Part shown: piece by piece, positions 50,531 through 63,399 of the stretch
How the letters are laid out: every line of letters begins with the position of its first letter
Numbering within the stretch: the first letter of the stretch is position 1
Assembly (NCBI RefSeq): GCF_036321535.1
Contig: NC_087450.1
Location: 55,428,001 to 55,492,000 of the forward strand
DNA: 64,000 nt
Origin: Camelus dromedarius
Lineage: Eukaryota
Direction of reading: 5' to 3'
The notes under the pieces: model-generated
Told to the model about the DNA's origin: nothing
The model's database searches: none
Seen by the model: the letters and a program-made list of their open reading frames with translations, nothing else
Translations under genes and position numbers: made by a program

Positions 50531-50938
50531 AAACGCAGGCGGCACAGGTAAATTCAAAATTCAAAAAAAATGAATAGTGTTTTTGTTTTTATGTAGGTAT
50601 ATTCCACACCACAGTGACTTAATTGTACGAAAATTTGTTCTTTATCTGATTCTCACGTTTAGCTGGGCATCTTCCATTTTTATTTGCTGAATCAATATGA
50701 TAGGATTTGAAAAATAACAACTTTCAAAATTAATAGCTGCATCTATTAAGCATTCATTGTGACATGTGGTAGGTGACCCTAGGCATTGTGTTATATAATT
50801 CTCAGCATAAAACAGGAAGCTTGTTTTAAATTCCATTTTCTGATGACGAAAAGGAGGCTGGGGGAGGATAAGTAAGCCAGATCATGCAACTAGCAAGACG
50901 ATGCACCTGAATTTGAACTGAAGTCTGAGTGAGGCAAG

Positions 50939-53210
50939 TTTTGTTTGTTTGTTTTTTTAATCGATCAAAAATTTTTCAACTTTTTAAATTTTTCCAGCTT
51001 TACTGATGTATAATTAACTAAAGTATGTGTAGTCAAGTTATAAAACAAGCTGGTTTGACATGCATATTCATTGTGAAATGAACCACAGTCAAATTAGTTA
51101 ACGTATTCATCACCTCATATAGTTGCCTTTCTTTTTGTGCAGTGAGAACATTTAAGATCTATTTTTGGCAAGTCTGAAATATACCAAACAGTGTTGTTAA
51201 CTGTGCTGTACGTTAGATCCTCAGAACCGACTCCTCTTTGTACCCTTCGACCAACGTCTACCCGCTTTCCCCACTCCCCAGCTCCCCGTAACACCGAATT
51301 ACTTTCTCATTCTATGAGTCTGACTTTTATAGATTCCATAAGTGGGATCATGCAGTGTTTGTTTTTCTGTCTGGCTTTTTTCACTTAGTATAATGTCTTC
51401 CAGGTTTACCCACGTTGACACAAATGACTNNNNNNNNNNNNNNNNNNNNNNNNNNNNNNNNNNNNNNNNNNNNNNNNNNNNNNNNNNNNNNNNNNNNNNN
51501 NNNNNNNNNNNNNNNNNNNNNNNNNNNNNNNNNNNNNNNNNNNNNNNNNNNNNNNNNNNNNNNNNNNNNNNNNNNNNNNNNNNNNTATTTTCAGGATATT
51601 GATTTCGTTTCCTTTGGATAGATCTCCAGAAATGGGATCACTGGATTGCATGATAGTTATGTTTATAACTGTTTGAGAACTATCCATACTGTTTTCCATG
51701 ATAGCTGAAATAGTTTACATTCCCACCAATAGGGCACAAAAGTTTCCCTTTCTTCACACACTTGCCAACACTTGTTATCTCTTGTCTTTTTGAAAATAGC
51801 TCTCCAGACAGGTGTGTATTTGAAGGAGCAAACCTCTCATGGTCTTTACAGACTGATTTTGGCAAGTAAACCCTTTCTCTAGTCGGTTCCCTGGGCTAGG
51901 GATCATCTTTGGAATCAAAGTTGTGCTGTGTTGGATCCAGGTCATGAGGCTGTTGCTGGGCCTACAGCTGTGTCTGTGGTTGGTGGGCCTGTCGCCAGGG
52001 GCTCGGGCTAGTGTGAATCCTGTCTGGTTATTGGGTGAACGGTTCTGGCCGTAATAGGTAGGCGGTGCTGGCACAAAGGTCTGCTTCAGGGTTCACAGCT
52101 GGATCTGCAGACATTGCGTCTATTACCGGGTTCATGAATGGGTGTGACTCCCATGAAGTCCCTTGAAGAACTTCTTACAGGTCACTGAGCACACCCCCGG
52201 GTGGGCAGGACTGGCACCAGACTAAGGCTGAGAGGGGCTCTAACCGAATCCTGGAGCTGCGTTAGGGTCCATGGTCTAGATAGAGATCTTCAGACCTGAC
52301 CCTGGAGGCATGGATGGGACTGTCTCCTGTCAAGTCCCCAGGTGGCCAGGAACGCTTCCTGACCATGGCTGAGAGGTACTGGGTTGTTTCAGAATCTGCA
52401 GTTGGACCAATGTTGGGCTTACTTCCAGAGGCATAGGTAGGCATGTCCTCTGGTGGGTGTCTGGTCTGGGTGAGCAGAACTGCTCATGGACTGCAGCTGG
52501 AAGGGACTGGAGTCTAGTCACAAGGTCATTTAAAAATCTGCTGTCAGAATAAGTTTGGTTGGCCTGCCTCCAGGGACACTGATGGGCGTGTCTCTTGGAG
52601 AAATTCTGGGTCTGCAGGACTGTTTATAAATGGTAGCTGGGAGGGGATGAGGCCAAGCATCAAATTGTTTCAGAATCTCTTGGGGTGGGAACGGTTGTGT
52701 CTCCTGCTGGGACACAGAGCTAGCGGGACTGCAGCTGGTAGGGGCTGGAGCTCTGTTTTAGGGCCCTTTCAGAAACCACAGTGAACTTGAGTTTGGAAGG
52801 CTTGCTTCTAGGGGGTCCTGGACCCCAGTCAAGAGGGGCTTGGCTCAGACCACAGGCCACTCAGAGTCCACATCTGACGTTGAGGTCTGTGCGCCCACCA
52901 CCAAGTCACTGGCAGGTGTGACTCCTCCGGGTCCCGTGGCGTATGGTGCTGCTGGCTGGACCAAGGACAAACGGGAGGAGGGCCCGGCTGGGTCTGGGTC
53001 TGTAGCTGGTACCACTGTCAGCTGCCTGAGAATATGCTTGCCTCCTCAAAATGGCCCAACTCAGTTTTAGACTCCACTAGGCTTTCGCAATCTCCTACCT
53101 GCATCTCAAAACTCTCACAGAAGGACTTTTATCTGTGGGTGGCTTCTAAGGTATTGCTGCTGAGATGAATACAAGTGAGGAACGTCTTACTCTGCCACCT
53201 TGTTGAGGCG
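50939..53210 (-). mobile_element. Internally deleted L1 (L1MA/L1M2-3-like): 5' UTR joined to ORF2 end plus 3' UTR
   Basis: Poly(T) and 3' UTR at 50939-51400. The ORF2 end reads (minus) CACACCTGTC...CAAAAAGACAAGAGATAACAAGTGTTGG. A GC-rich monomeric 5' UTR spans 51817-53210 and starts with the YY1-like CAAGGTGGCAG (plus 53192-53202). Confidence 0.8.
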
Positions 53211-54078
53211 AGGTTTGAGGAAGGTGATTTGTAATAAGCTAAAACCACTAGGGATGTTAAACTTGTGAAAAAAAAATGCCTTTTGCAATGGGTCATATCA
53301 GTGCTTCATATATACACACATACACACATAAAGCGATTTATAGTTTACCTGCTTTTGGAGGACATTTTTTTCTAAAACCAACTGTAATTCATACTATCAA
53401 TATTTGTAGAGAACAAATCAAAATAAACGTTGTCTGCAAATATATCTGGAAGTATAGTTAAAGCAGTGTTTATACATGGTGACATCAAAAATAAAGACTG
53501 AACGATGCCCTAATTACATGCCTATGACACAGAGAGCTGTTTGTTTATTCTAGTTAATGGAATCTGTTTACTAAATTTTAATAGTCTATGTTGAAATATG
53601 TAAACAATGCAAATCAAATGAAATATAAATTACATGAGGTTATTAACTAACAATACAGATGAATGTATTCCCATTGCAAAAAAAAAAAAACTTTATCAAT
53701 AGGATACAAGGGTGGGCTATTGAATCATTAAGCAAATAGAATCAGGAGTCTTTGATGTAATTTAACTTTTTAATTTGCTTTATCTAGGATTCTGTTTTAG
53801 GCCCTCACTGAGGGGTGCTGCTAACTTATATGATGCCTTTGCATAAATCAGAACAGAAAGGCGCCGATTCTGGGTGGGCCTTTTTTGACACAGACACACT
53901 TCTGCCAAAAAATCTCAGGGAAACACTTGTCAAGAGAGACGTGGGTTGGATTTAGGTGCCCTTGACCCTCATGACCAAGCCCTGTAGTGGAAGCTACCAC
54001 CCATGTGACTGCACGGGTCAGCCAGGACCTGTCGGGTTGAACGCCTCCATGGATAACGCCCTTTTCTGTCTCTCCCAG

Positions 54079-54123
54079 TGGAAGCAGCTAGACCAAGAAG
54101 ATGAGTGGGAACCAAAATTACAG
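54079..54123 (+). other. Candidate 45-nt exon (unassigned)
   Basis: Acceptor CTTTTCTGTCTCTCCCAG, donor CAG|GTGAAT. Frame 0 is open (WKQLDQEDEWEPKLQ). No known protein recognised. Confidence 0.25.
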
Positions 54124-56119
54124 GTGAATAGCATTAGCTTACCAAAAAGACAGAATAAATCTAAACGGCATCCTTACACACACAGACACCGACACACACA
54201 CACCTACCACACACGTTGTAAACTGGAAGCAGTAAAAGCTGATTTTCACGTGGCAGTTTTCCAGTGACGGGAGAGGAGGACTGACAGGAAGTCAGGCCAG
54301 CAAAGCAGAGGTGACAGTACTGGGAATGAGAGATGTCTGGCACATCGAGGGGCTTTCAGATGTGGAGATGGGAAGAAGGGTTTAATGGCACTGCATCACT
54401 TGTCTTCTCTTCTTTTCCCATGACTGCTTTCTTGAAATCCTCTTACCCCAGAGCTAAGTGGATTGCAGAATGACCCCCTGCTACTCACCAGAATCCTACT
54501 CCCCTGGCACTACTATGCTATCGGAAATAAGGAGTATTTAGACTTGTGCCTTGAAGATGAATGAGAAAAAAGAGAAGATTACGCATGTGAAGAATTCATG
54601 AGGAATTTAGAAAATAGCCACCAAAGATCTAGCCTGCGATTTGAAACCTTGTGTTTATCGATGAAAAAGAAGCCTTTTCCAAGTAATTCATGAATGGAAT
54701 TAGTATGCAAAAGTAAGCTGAAGTTACTGAAAATTTCGAATGACTTTGTTTGACATGGTTATTATAAAAAATTAATAAGACATTCATGGAAAGCAAAACA
54801 GGATTGTTAGCATTACCAGAAATGCCAAGTTCTCTATAAAAGGGCATAATTTATTTTCCTCCCTCCTGTGTTAAGCCCCCCTTTTCTCCTTAATCACTAT
54901 CTTCTGTTGAAATAAACTGTTCCCAAGAACAACTGACAATTAGTCAATAAAATCAGTGCGAGGAGGAAGCCAGAATGGGGACCCAGGTATCAGACAGGAC
55001 TGAGAGGAAACTGAAGCCTGCACAGCGTGTGCTGACACTCACGCATGTCCATCACATGCCCTGCTGGGCTGCAACCCACCAGGAGGATTTAATTTCCCCT
55101 TGATACCAGAGCAAAGGTTTTATTGTTCTTCTTACAACCATTAGGATCACAGAAAAGAGAAAGATACTCAGCTTTACCAGTGACTTTTGAAAGGAAATCT
55201 TGATAAATGTGGACCTGAAACTGAAAATTAGATGAATCAACCAGTCTCTGACTTGATTAATACTACATTCTTAAGTCTCTTAATGGCTCATAATTGCCTG
55301 TTGAAAAGAATGAATAGAATAATTTTGGTAACATGCAAATTTAGAATGCAACTTCCTGAAAGGAACTGCTTTATTTTAAAAAATGATGACAAATTGGTTT
55401 TAGAAAGAGAAAAGCCTAATGAGAATGTGGGCAAGTCTATTACATTCCGTTCCATACAGCGCCACAAGTATTAATTGAATATTTAAATAATTAAAGTTTT
55501 CAAGGCACTGTGGCTTCAAGTCTTCTACCCTCCTGGATAATTCTCCAAGGACTTGGGGCGAAGGATCTCTGATGATGGTTTCAGGTATGAGAAACTATCG
55601 TATCTGAAAACCAATTCAGAATTTCACTGGACTTTTAGGTTTACTTCCTAGGATAAAGTAAATGTATCTCTAGTCAGTGCACTAAAAATGAAAAATCTTA
55701 CTCATATATACTCTGCAATATTCAGTACTAGTACACTTTCCAAATTTGAGGACAAAGATTGAAATGATTACCTTTTTTTATGATGACTTTTTAAATGATA
55801 ATAAAATACATGAAATAAGAGATTGTTAGTACAAGGTGTATCTGGACATTAGGAGTTGGCCACAGGGGTATATCTCAAATATAATCATGGACAGCAGGGT
55901 ATCTTACAGCCTGCCAAGATAATTGTTATTGAGAAATATGATCTACTCAAACAGCTGAAAAATCTTCAGTGGTCACTTGTTTGGTGGAAGACTTGTGTCC
56001 ACAAGGAGTCTGAAAATGACTGTCCTGAATTTGAGATTGTCCATGATGGCTCCAGCATCTGGTGAAAAGGATACATAAGCCGTCCAGTCTGATGGGCAGC
56101 GCTACTCCCGGGAGAGGGA

Positions 56120-56420
56120 ATTAATTCATTTGTTTATCAATGTATGAATGTAACAGCACACACAAGACACTGGGGAGAATCGGTGGAGTAAGACATGATG
56201 CTTGCCTTCGGGGGGCCCTGGGGGAAGAGGGGTGGTTGCTGGATAGTTACAAGGCAAGCAGAGAAGCACACCAGGCTGCTCTGGGAGCGCAGGAGAGACG
56301 CGTTCCATTAGACTTGCTGGGGCATTAGGAAAAGCCTAGCTTGAGGTGTAAAAGGTGAGCAAGTTACCTAGATGAAAATAAGGGAAAGAGCAATTCAGAG
56401 GAGAAATGACCAGGATGAGG
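56120..56420 (-). mobile_element. L2 fragment
   Basis: ATTCATTTGTTTATCAATGTATGAATG tail followed by purine-rich L2 antisense sequence. Confidence 0.45.
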
Positions 56421-56551
56421 GCTTAGCAGAGCCCCGTCAATCCTGCTGGCACACCTTGAATAGGTGAATCTCTTGAGCACACCCAACCCCACTGCTCTGA
56501 TGCAGAATCGAGCAGCTAGCATTTGTGCTCCTGTCAGTTTGTCCCTTAGAC

Positions 56552-57171
56552 CAGTGCTTCCTAAGGTGTGGTTGAGGGGTCAGTCTGCAAACTGTTTGTA
56601 AATAGTGCTGAGTTAAGGCACAGATCAGTAGCGTTTAAGATTTTAGAAACCATTTGGATCACTGTGACACTCAAGCACCTGATCAGTGGTCTTGTCTCCT
56701 TGAACGGGATACTTTTAAAAATCCATATACTGCTATTATGGGTTAAATTACATCACCAAAGAAAGATACGCTCAAATCCCAACCCTAGTACCACAGTACC
56801 CAATGCCTATGTCTTTGTAGATGTAATCAAGTTAAGATTAAGTCGTTAGGCTGTGTTCTGATCCAATACGACAGGTGTCCTTGTAAGAAGAGAGAAAACT
56901 GAACACAGGCCTACACGGAGAATGCCATGTGAAGGTGCAGGCACAGGGACGATGCCACCTGATGCGAGTGGCAGCAGGTGAAGTGCAGCAACTGCAAAGC
57001 AAGGATGCGAAGAATTGTCCTCAGGTTCCTGGGAGCTACAGGAGGCAAGAAGAAGTCCTCGCTGCGGGTTTTAGGGAGAACATAGCCCCCTTGATTTCAT
57101 ACTTTCTAGCCCTTGTAACTGTGAGACAGTAAAGGAAACGAATACGGCTAAGAATTGGAGAACAAACACTG
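56552..57171. mobile_element. hAT-type MITE, split by an MLT1 LTR
   Basis: Starts CAGTGCTTCCTAAGGTGTGG, ends GAGAACAAACACTG (imperfect CAGTG...CACTG TIRs). Confidence 0.5.
56734..57146 (+). mobile_element. MaLR solo LTR (MLT1B/C-like) with 3' internal deletion
   Basis: TATGGGTTAAATTAC ... GTCTTTGTAGATGTAATCAAGTTAAGAT ... GGTGTCCTTGTAAGAAGAG ... CTGTGAGACAGTAAA joined to GGAAACGAATAC. Confidence 0.8.
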
Positions 57172-57599
57172 GTCCTTCATCACAGAGTTTGCGAAATCCT
57201 GCCTTAAATGAAGTGAAAAATCAAATCAGCGATGGCACTGACTGGGGCCAGAAATGACCCAGAGACAAGTAGAGTCTTGAGAGAATTAACAAAGCAGCAG
57301 AATCAGACAGGGAATGCAATTGAAGAACTCCTCCAGCAAGGGGCAGCGAAGCAGAGACGCTGCTAACCTGTCTGTGAATGTTGATTTATCCAAGAGACGT
57401 CTTCACCACATTCTGCATCCCTCTTGCCTCCACATATTTCTAAAGGTAACTTAATCTTACCCAGGGCCTCTGGGGAGGTTCGGGAATGTTTGGGAGAGGA
57501 ATGAATGGAACCTGCAAATCAATAAATTGGAACTCACAATTCTAAAATGTAACTTTAAAAATTTTTTTATGTAATGTGTAAAATTTTAATAGTTACATT

Positions 57600-57840
57600 G
57601 TAGGTGATTATTAAATAGAGATTACACACTTTGCTTGCTATGTATCAGGCACTGTCCCAGACCTTTGCAAATATTCTCATTTAATGTTCACATTGGTAAG
57701 TGATACTAATTTCCTCATTTCAAAATGAGGATGGATGAGTAACTTGTGCCAAATTAAACAATTTGGCAATGGAAGAGCCAAGTTCCAAACCTAGATTTCT
57801 CTGAGCCTAATGCTGCTGTTTTTAACCATAATCTTTTGTT
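57600..57840 (-). mobile_element. MIR SINE
   Basis: GCTATGTATCAGGCACTGT ... CTCATTTCAAAATGAGGA ... GAAGAGCCAAGTTCCAAACC. Confidence 0.65.
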
Positions 57841-58419
57841 ACTTCTCCAAAAAAAAACTGAATGAAGCATGTTTTACCTGCCGGCGAAGCTCTTGAGATT
57901 ATGTATTTTTATCTAAGCATGTATGTAGACCATTATTAACCACCCAACAGATGCCAAGCACAGTAACAGATAAACTCCTTGTTTTCAATTCTAACACCGC
58001 ATTATTAACTCCATCATACACACTGAGAAATAAATTCTGGTTATATTAACTTTTTTAGAACTGTGAAAGAGAATTTAAACTCAGAATAGACTCCACTGCC
58101 CGCCTCCCTTCCACAGACCTGTTCCTTCTCCATCCTAGGGTGGGCCACATAGTGAAGGCACGAAAGGATAACCCTCAGGCCTCTGGAAGCTCTGCCCCAG
58201 GGAGTCAGAGGATGTCTCCAACTGTTCTTTTTCTTCCAGTGCCTTCAGGCATACACTTCCAAGTGGTTTAATGATACTTAGAAGGTCTACAGAGTAATTT
58301 AACAAGTCAAGAATCTAGCAGCTGAGAATTAGTTTAGGGATTCTGAATAACGAAAGACCTTGTCAGATAATCAAAATATCATAATAGTTTATTGTGGGCC
58401 CTAGAAATAGAATTCCTAA

Positions 58420-58540
58420 ATGAAAATCCTGGGCATATTAGCCACCTAATATAATCTTGGGCACGACAGTCACATATCTTACTTGTGCCTCAATTGTATG
58501 ATCTGTAAAATGGGAATGATAATACCTACCTCACTGGTAA
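58420..58540 (+). mobile_element. MIR core
   Basis: TGTGCCTCAATTGTATGATCTGTAAAATGGGAATGATAATACCTACCTCA. Confidence 0.7.
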
Positions 58541-59449
58541 GGCAGCGCCGGCATATACTTCACATTATTATATAAACATTTTCTACTATTAGTAACGAGT
58601 ACCAGTGGGAATTGATGTCTGGGAAACAATTCTGTAATTTGCAGTAAAAAGGAAAGAAAACAATCCACCTGTCTGGCAATTTGTGGTTTTTAGTTGTTTA
58701 TTCTCCAAATATTCCTATTTTTTAACTTCCCAAAACTTATAGTGGCTCAGTATGTGTCTTGCTTGAAAGCGGAACTCTGTCTTGTATAAGCTCAGTCCAG
58801 CTCTTACCTGTACAAGCATACTTCTTACTCTACCATCTTTGTTTTCTGTGACTTTTTGCAGAGGTGACAGAGATACTGGTGCATTTTTTAAAAAACTGGA
58901 AAAGACCCAGGATCCACTTTCATTGTACAGATTTCTATAGTTACTGTAACTCCACCAGCGTGTTTCCTGGTGTGAAAATCGGATTGATAAATCCCTGCCC
59001 TGCTTATTTCAGGGAGATTTTATTTCATAAAGGCAGAAGTGAAATTACTTTGAAAAATGTGCAACAATAAATAAACAGAGTAGATAAGCCTAGAGAATCT
59101 ATTTATTTAGTCATAAAGCCCAAAATAATGCAGTTTCGCTGTAAATAAGATGATATATGGAAAAATGTGTAGTTTGAGAAAAATAGAATGTGTTTTTAAA
59201 TGTATCTTAAAGGACAAATAATGCAAAATGTAGCACTCTGAGCAATTCTCTATCACAGCTACCATATTATTATACTTTGGTATAGGTAGATGAAGAATAT
59301 GGAAATAAGTTTTTAAAGCCATTTTTATGAACATTGAGTATACAATTAATGGACAAATCTCCAATAGTATATTCATCAAACAATGAACAAATTCCAAGGG
59401 CCTCCTCTCTACAAGATAGCATGAATAAACGAAGTAAGGAAAGGAAATA

Positions 59450-59670
59450 CATTGTGAGAAAAACTTAGGTTATAGGCATGGAGCAGAGTACTTAGCATTT
59501 GTTATTTTATATATCCTTAAAAGAACACTAAGATAGATATCATTTCAGTTCTATAGGAAAAGAGGCGAGATCAAAGAAGTTCTGTAACTTCCCCAAGGTC
59601 ACAGAGCTAATTCCAAGCAGAGGCTGGGTTCAAAGCCAAGTCTCTGTAGGGACAAATCCTGCACCTGTTC
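59450..59670 (-). mobile_element. MIR SINE
   Basis: GTAACTTCCCCAAGGTCACAGAGCTAAT ... GCTGGGTTCAAAGCCAAGTCT. Confidence 0.7.
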
Positions 59671-60503
59671 TGTCCCATCACATGGGGCCCAGGCTTCCAC
59701 AAACTCTTCCCTTCTAGTTGGAGAGGAGATGACATGTGCATAAAGTAACTAACCTCAACTGAGTGATGCCAAAGAATTAAAGTACATGAAAGGACTTAAG
59801 GGCATTGGAAACAGCAAAGCAACAGAAGAAATATGAAAAGTTAGTGATAAGGGCCAATAATGCCCATGCAATAACTGACAAGAGCTCAGAGCAACAGCCT
59901 GTGGTGGCAGGGTTTGAAATACAGCTTTTAAGTAGGGTCGAATGACTGAGGATCAGTGGATACTTCATACATTTCCCACAGGATTTGGAGGCATAGAAGT
60001 GAGAAAGATGAGAATGTTCAAGTGACGGCTTATTTAATGACATATTTTTTAAGGTTTGATTGAAAATGGCAGTCAAAGCCATAACCACAATTTCACTTGT
60101 ATAATTTCCCTCTGTGTGGCAATCTTCAGAGACAGCACAACGCGATGGTTTTACATTTGTTATCAACATATAGAGTTTTTCCATCTAAAATTCCTGTTCT
60201 TCTGCCTCAGTGAGTAAGCAGTTGGAGGCTGAAATGGAAAAGGTGCACTTATTTCTCATGAAACTCTACCCCGATGGGATGCTCTTAATAGACAAATCGG
60301 AAAGGTCACTGAAGTTACACAAGTTACCCTTGCAGAGAGACCACTGGCTTTGAATTTAGAAAATTGGATGCAAGCTTCAACCCTGGTAAATGTATTGTAT
60401 GTTTGCCTCTGGATAAGGCTCTTCACATCTAGACTTTCCTAGCTTGAAAAAAAAACTACTACTAATAATATTTACTAATACTTATTCAGCACATAGTATA
60501 CAG

Positions 60504-60724
60504 CAGAAGTCGACAAACTGAGGCCCTCAGGCTCAGTCCTGCCTTCTACCTGCTTTTGCAAGTAAAGCTTTTTATTTGCAGAAAAACTTAATAATTTGCA
60601 TTTTGTTTGTTCCACTCTCATTGCTACCATTGCAGATCTGAATGGTCATTACAGACATGACATCAGCTGCAAACCTGAAGTATTTACTACCTGGCTCTTT
60701 ATGGAAAATATTTGCCAACCTCTG
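60504..60724. mobile_element. hAT-Charlie MITE (MER58A-like)
   Basis: TIRs CAGAAGTCGACAAAC / TTTGCCAACCTCTG; internal AACCTGAAGTATTTACTACCTGGCTCTTTA. Confidence 0.75.
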
Positions 60725-60729
60725 ATGTA

Positions 60730-60860
60730 TATAACACATAGCTCATTTATTCCTTATAACAGCACTATGAGATTTTACAAATGAGGATACTGTAGCATAG
60801 AGATATTTAGTGACATGGCCAGAGTTACAAAGCTGTGGAGTGGAGGAGCTGGTATTAAAA
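60730..60860 (-). mobile_element. MIR core
   Basis: TTTTACAAATGAGGATACTGTAGCATAGAGA ... GTTACAAAGCTG. Confidence 0.55.
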
Positions 60861-61899
60861 TAACAACACTAAAAGGACACTGTTGTAATGTGGAAAAGTG
60901 CATTGTGAAGTGTGAGAGATTCACGAATCAGCTCTTGAAAGGCAGTGTGCCCCTAAAAATCAATTTTTGAAGCAACGTGGAAGTGGTTTCAAATACTGGC
61001 TTCTCCACTTTGTTCTCTGTGACTTTGTGCCCGCTGATCTAAGTGCCCATAACCTTATTTGCAAGTTGGGGTAATTTTTCTCACCTTGCGTTATTTTGCT
61101 CTAAGAATCAAAGCAAGTGAATGGAAGACACCTTGGAAAGCATGGTGCCTTGTGAGAGGTAAGTAAGGAGGCTCCTTCACCGGCTTACTGATCTTTGTTT
61201 TCACGGTACTTTGACTTACCCCCATTACACTACTTAACACTGTTTTATTTCCTAACTTCCTTTCTCCTTCACTAAACTGCAAGCCTCTCAGAAAGAAAGA
61301 ATGTTGCTTATTGGCTCCCATTTCCCAAATTTTTGCACAGGGCTTAGCACCAAGAAGGAGTCTATAAATACTCACTGACTAGGTGACCAGTCCCTAAAGC
61401 ACAAAGGCAGTAGATCCTGTCACACGCATTCCTTACTAGGCCACATGAGAGAGAGAGGAAAAAAATGTTCTTTTCCCATTCCAATATTTTTAGGATATAA
61501 AGAATGGTGCTTCCCTGGTTGGTTCTGCATTATGGCTGGGCCAGGGATTTATGGCTGCATTGGGTAGTCAGCTTATTATAGTCATTTTTATTCCTTCTTG
61601 GTAGAATCAATTAGGTAATCAAGATGAAACATGTATCTATTATTGGATTCAGAAAGATGCCGTATTATTTCTTCAAAGATACTCATAAATCATCCAGGAA
61701 TGTGCAACCAATCAGAATACTTAATTTGCTGAACTCTGATTCCTTTCACTGGGGAATAAAATGAATACATGGTAAGAGCTGTTGGATGGTCTGTAAAACT
61801 TTCTTAAAACAGTTTCTCCTCCAACAACTTGGGTTTCTTAATTCACTTAACAGTGACTGACTTTTCTTATGTCCCAAGGCCTTAGACCAATAGGTGCTT

Positions 61900-62025
61900 T
61901 CTGGTCCACTAAATACCTGTTAGCGCCAGGTAGGAATCCTTATTCAGGCCCTGGCCGTGCTTCCGTCTGTGAAATGGGAGTCGTGGTTCCTCCCTCACAG
62001 GTTTATTAGGAAGATGGATTAAAAT
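61900..62025 (+). mobile_element. MIR core
   Basis: TCTGTGAAATGGGAGT ... TCCCTCACAGGTTTATTAGGAAGAT. Confidence 0.5.
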
Positions 62026-62529
62026 TACAAAGGCAAGGTGTCAGAAGATGCCTGGAAAATTACAGTTCACATTGCATGGTGATTCCCTTTTGTGGCTTTC
62101 CCTCATTTTTTTTTTTTTTTTTACCTTTTTTAAAATCAAAGATGAGCATTTAGGTTTAATTAGTAACTTATACATATATACTTTCCAAGGAAATTAGACC
62201 AATGTCAAAACAAAAATAAAAACAAAAACAAAAACTAGACCAGGCCAAGTAAAGGCCACTTGAGATTTTTATCTGCTACATCTGATGCATGTATGTGTAT
62301 GTATATATTAGACATGCAGTCATATATGTATTTTAATTTATGTTACTCAGATCAGGCTGCTCCTATTCAAATCTCAGCCCTATGATCTCAGTTGCTTTTG
62401 AGGGAAACCATGTGATAAGCATTCAGTTATTGTTATCTCTTGGGTTATTAATGTACTTAAAGTGTTGATTCGCTTAACGCTGAAGCTCTTTTTTCAATCT
62501 GTTTTCCTTTTTTTTTTTCTGTCTCATTT

Positions 62530-63200
62530 CAAAAATGTTTTATTTGCCTCTTAAATCTGTTGAGCACTGTGCTAGGAACTAGTAGTGATACAAAAATAAT
62601 GGTATATATAGTTCTTGACTTCCAAAGATGCAAAAGTTAGTCACCTCAAATGCATTTTGGACAAGAGCAGAAGTAAGTGGAAATAAGAAAATAAATTAAT
62701 CATTACATAGGCTGCTTTGCAGACAAAGCAATGAAGGCTTCTTTCGTTTCTTAGGAAATGTAGAAAAGGCAGTGACCACGTAGGGAATAGCACAGAGGAA
62801 GCAATAAAATGATTTGCCTGGTAGAACATGGGAAGGCTTCAAATGCAAAGGCTGATCTGAGACTTGAAGTCGAACACATCTTTCCCCAGATGTACAACCT
62901 GAAGGTGGAATTTTGAGCAGAGAGGAAAAAAAAAAACATAAGCAAAATCCAAGATATGGAGAAGTACTTCTGTGTTTTCGAGCAAGTAGCTTGACATGGC
63001 TGTAAAATACAGATGGGGAACTGAGAGGCAAGAGTTAATACTAATTAGGTAGGCAGGACCTTGATTTGTCTGACCAATGAATCTAAAGCGTAATCCTGTT
63101 GATAGAGAGTCATTTAATAATTTAAAGCAGCATTGGGGCATGATTATATTTGCACAATGGAAAGATTATTTCAACAGTAAGACATTGGGTAACAGATATT
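62530..63200 (-). mobile_element. L2 LINE 3' portion
   Basis: AAATGTTTTATTTG ... GCACTGTGCTAGGAACTAG ... GGGAAGGCTTC ... GAGACTTGAAG. Confidence 0.6.
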
Positions 63201-63399
63201 TGTAAGATTTAAGGAAAAAAAAATAGTGGCCAGTGTTGACATTTTTGTAACAACCTACAATGGTAACCTGAAAGAAATGATAACAAATGGCACAAGGAGG
63301 TGGACACTTTAATGCCAGAGCTGTGTATGTCTTTGTTTAATGAACAAATATTAGTAGAACGTCTTGCCTAATCAGATGCTTGGAGTAATGAAAATAAGG

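Noticed and set aside
51900-52900. Repeat-spacer-like periodicity (CRISPR-like)
   Set aside because: The units are degenerate monomers within a mammalian L1 5' UTR, not identical repeats with unique spacers, and there are no cas genes.
59777-60184. 135-aa minus-strand ORF
   Set aside because: No recognisable homology, no good start context or splice boundaries; treated as a chance ORF.
60504-60724. 8-bp TSD for the MER58-like element
   Set aside because: The flanks (GTATACAG / ATGTATAT) do not match convincingly, so no TSD is claimed.
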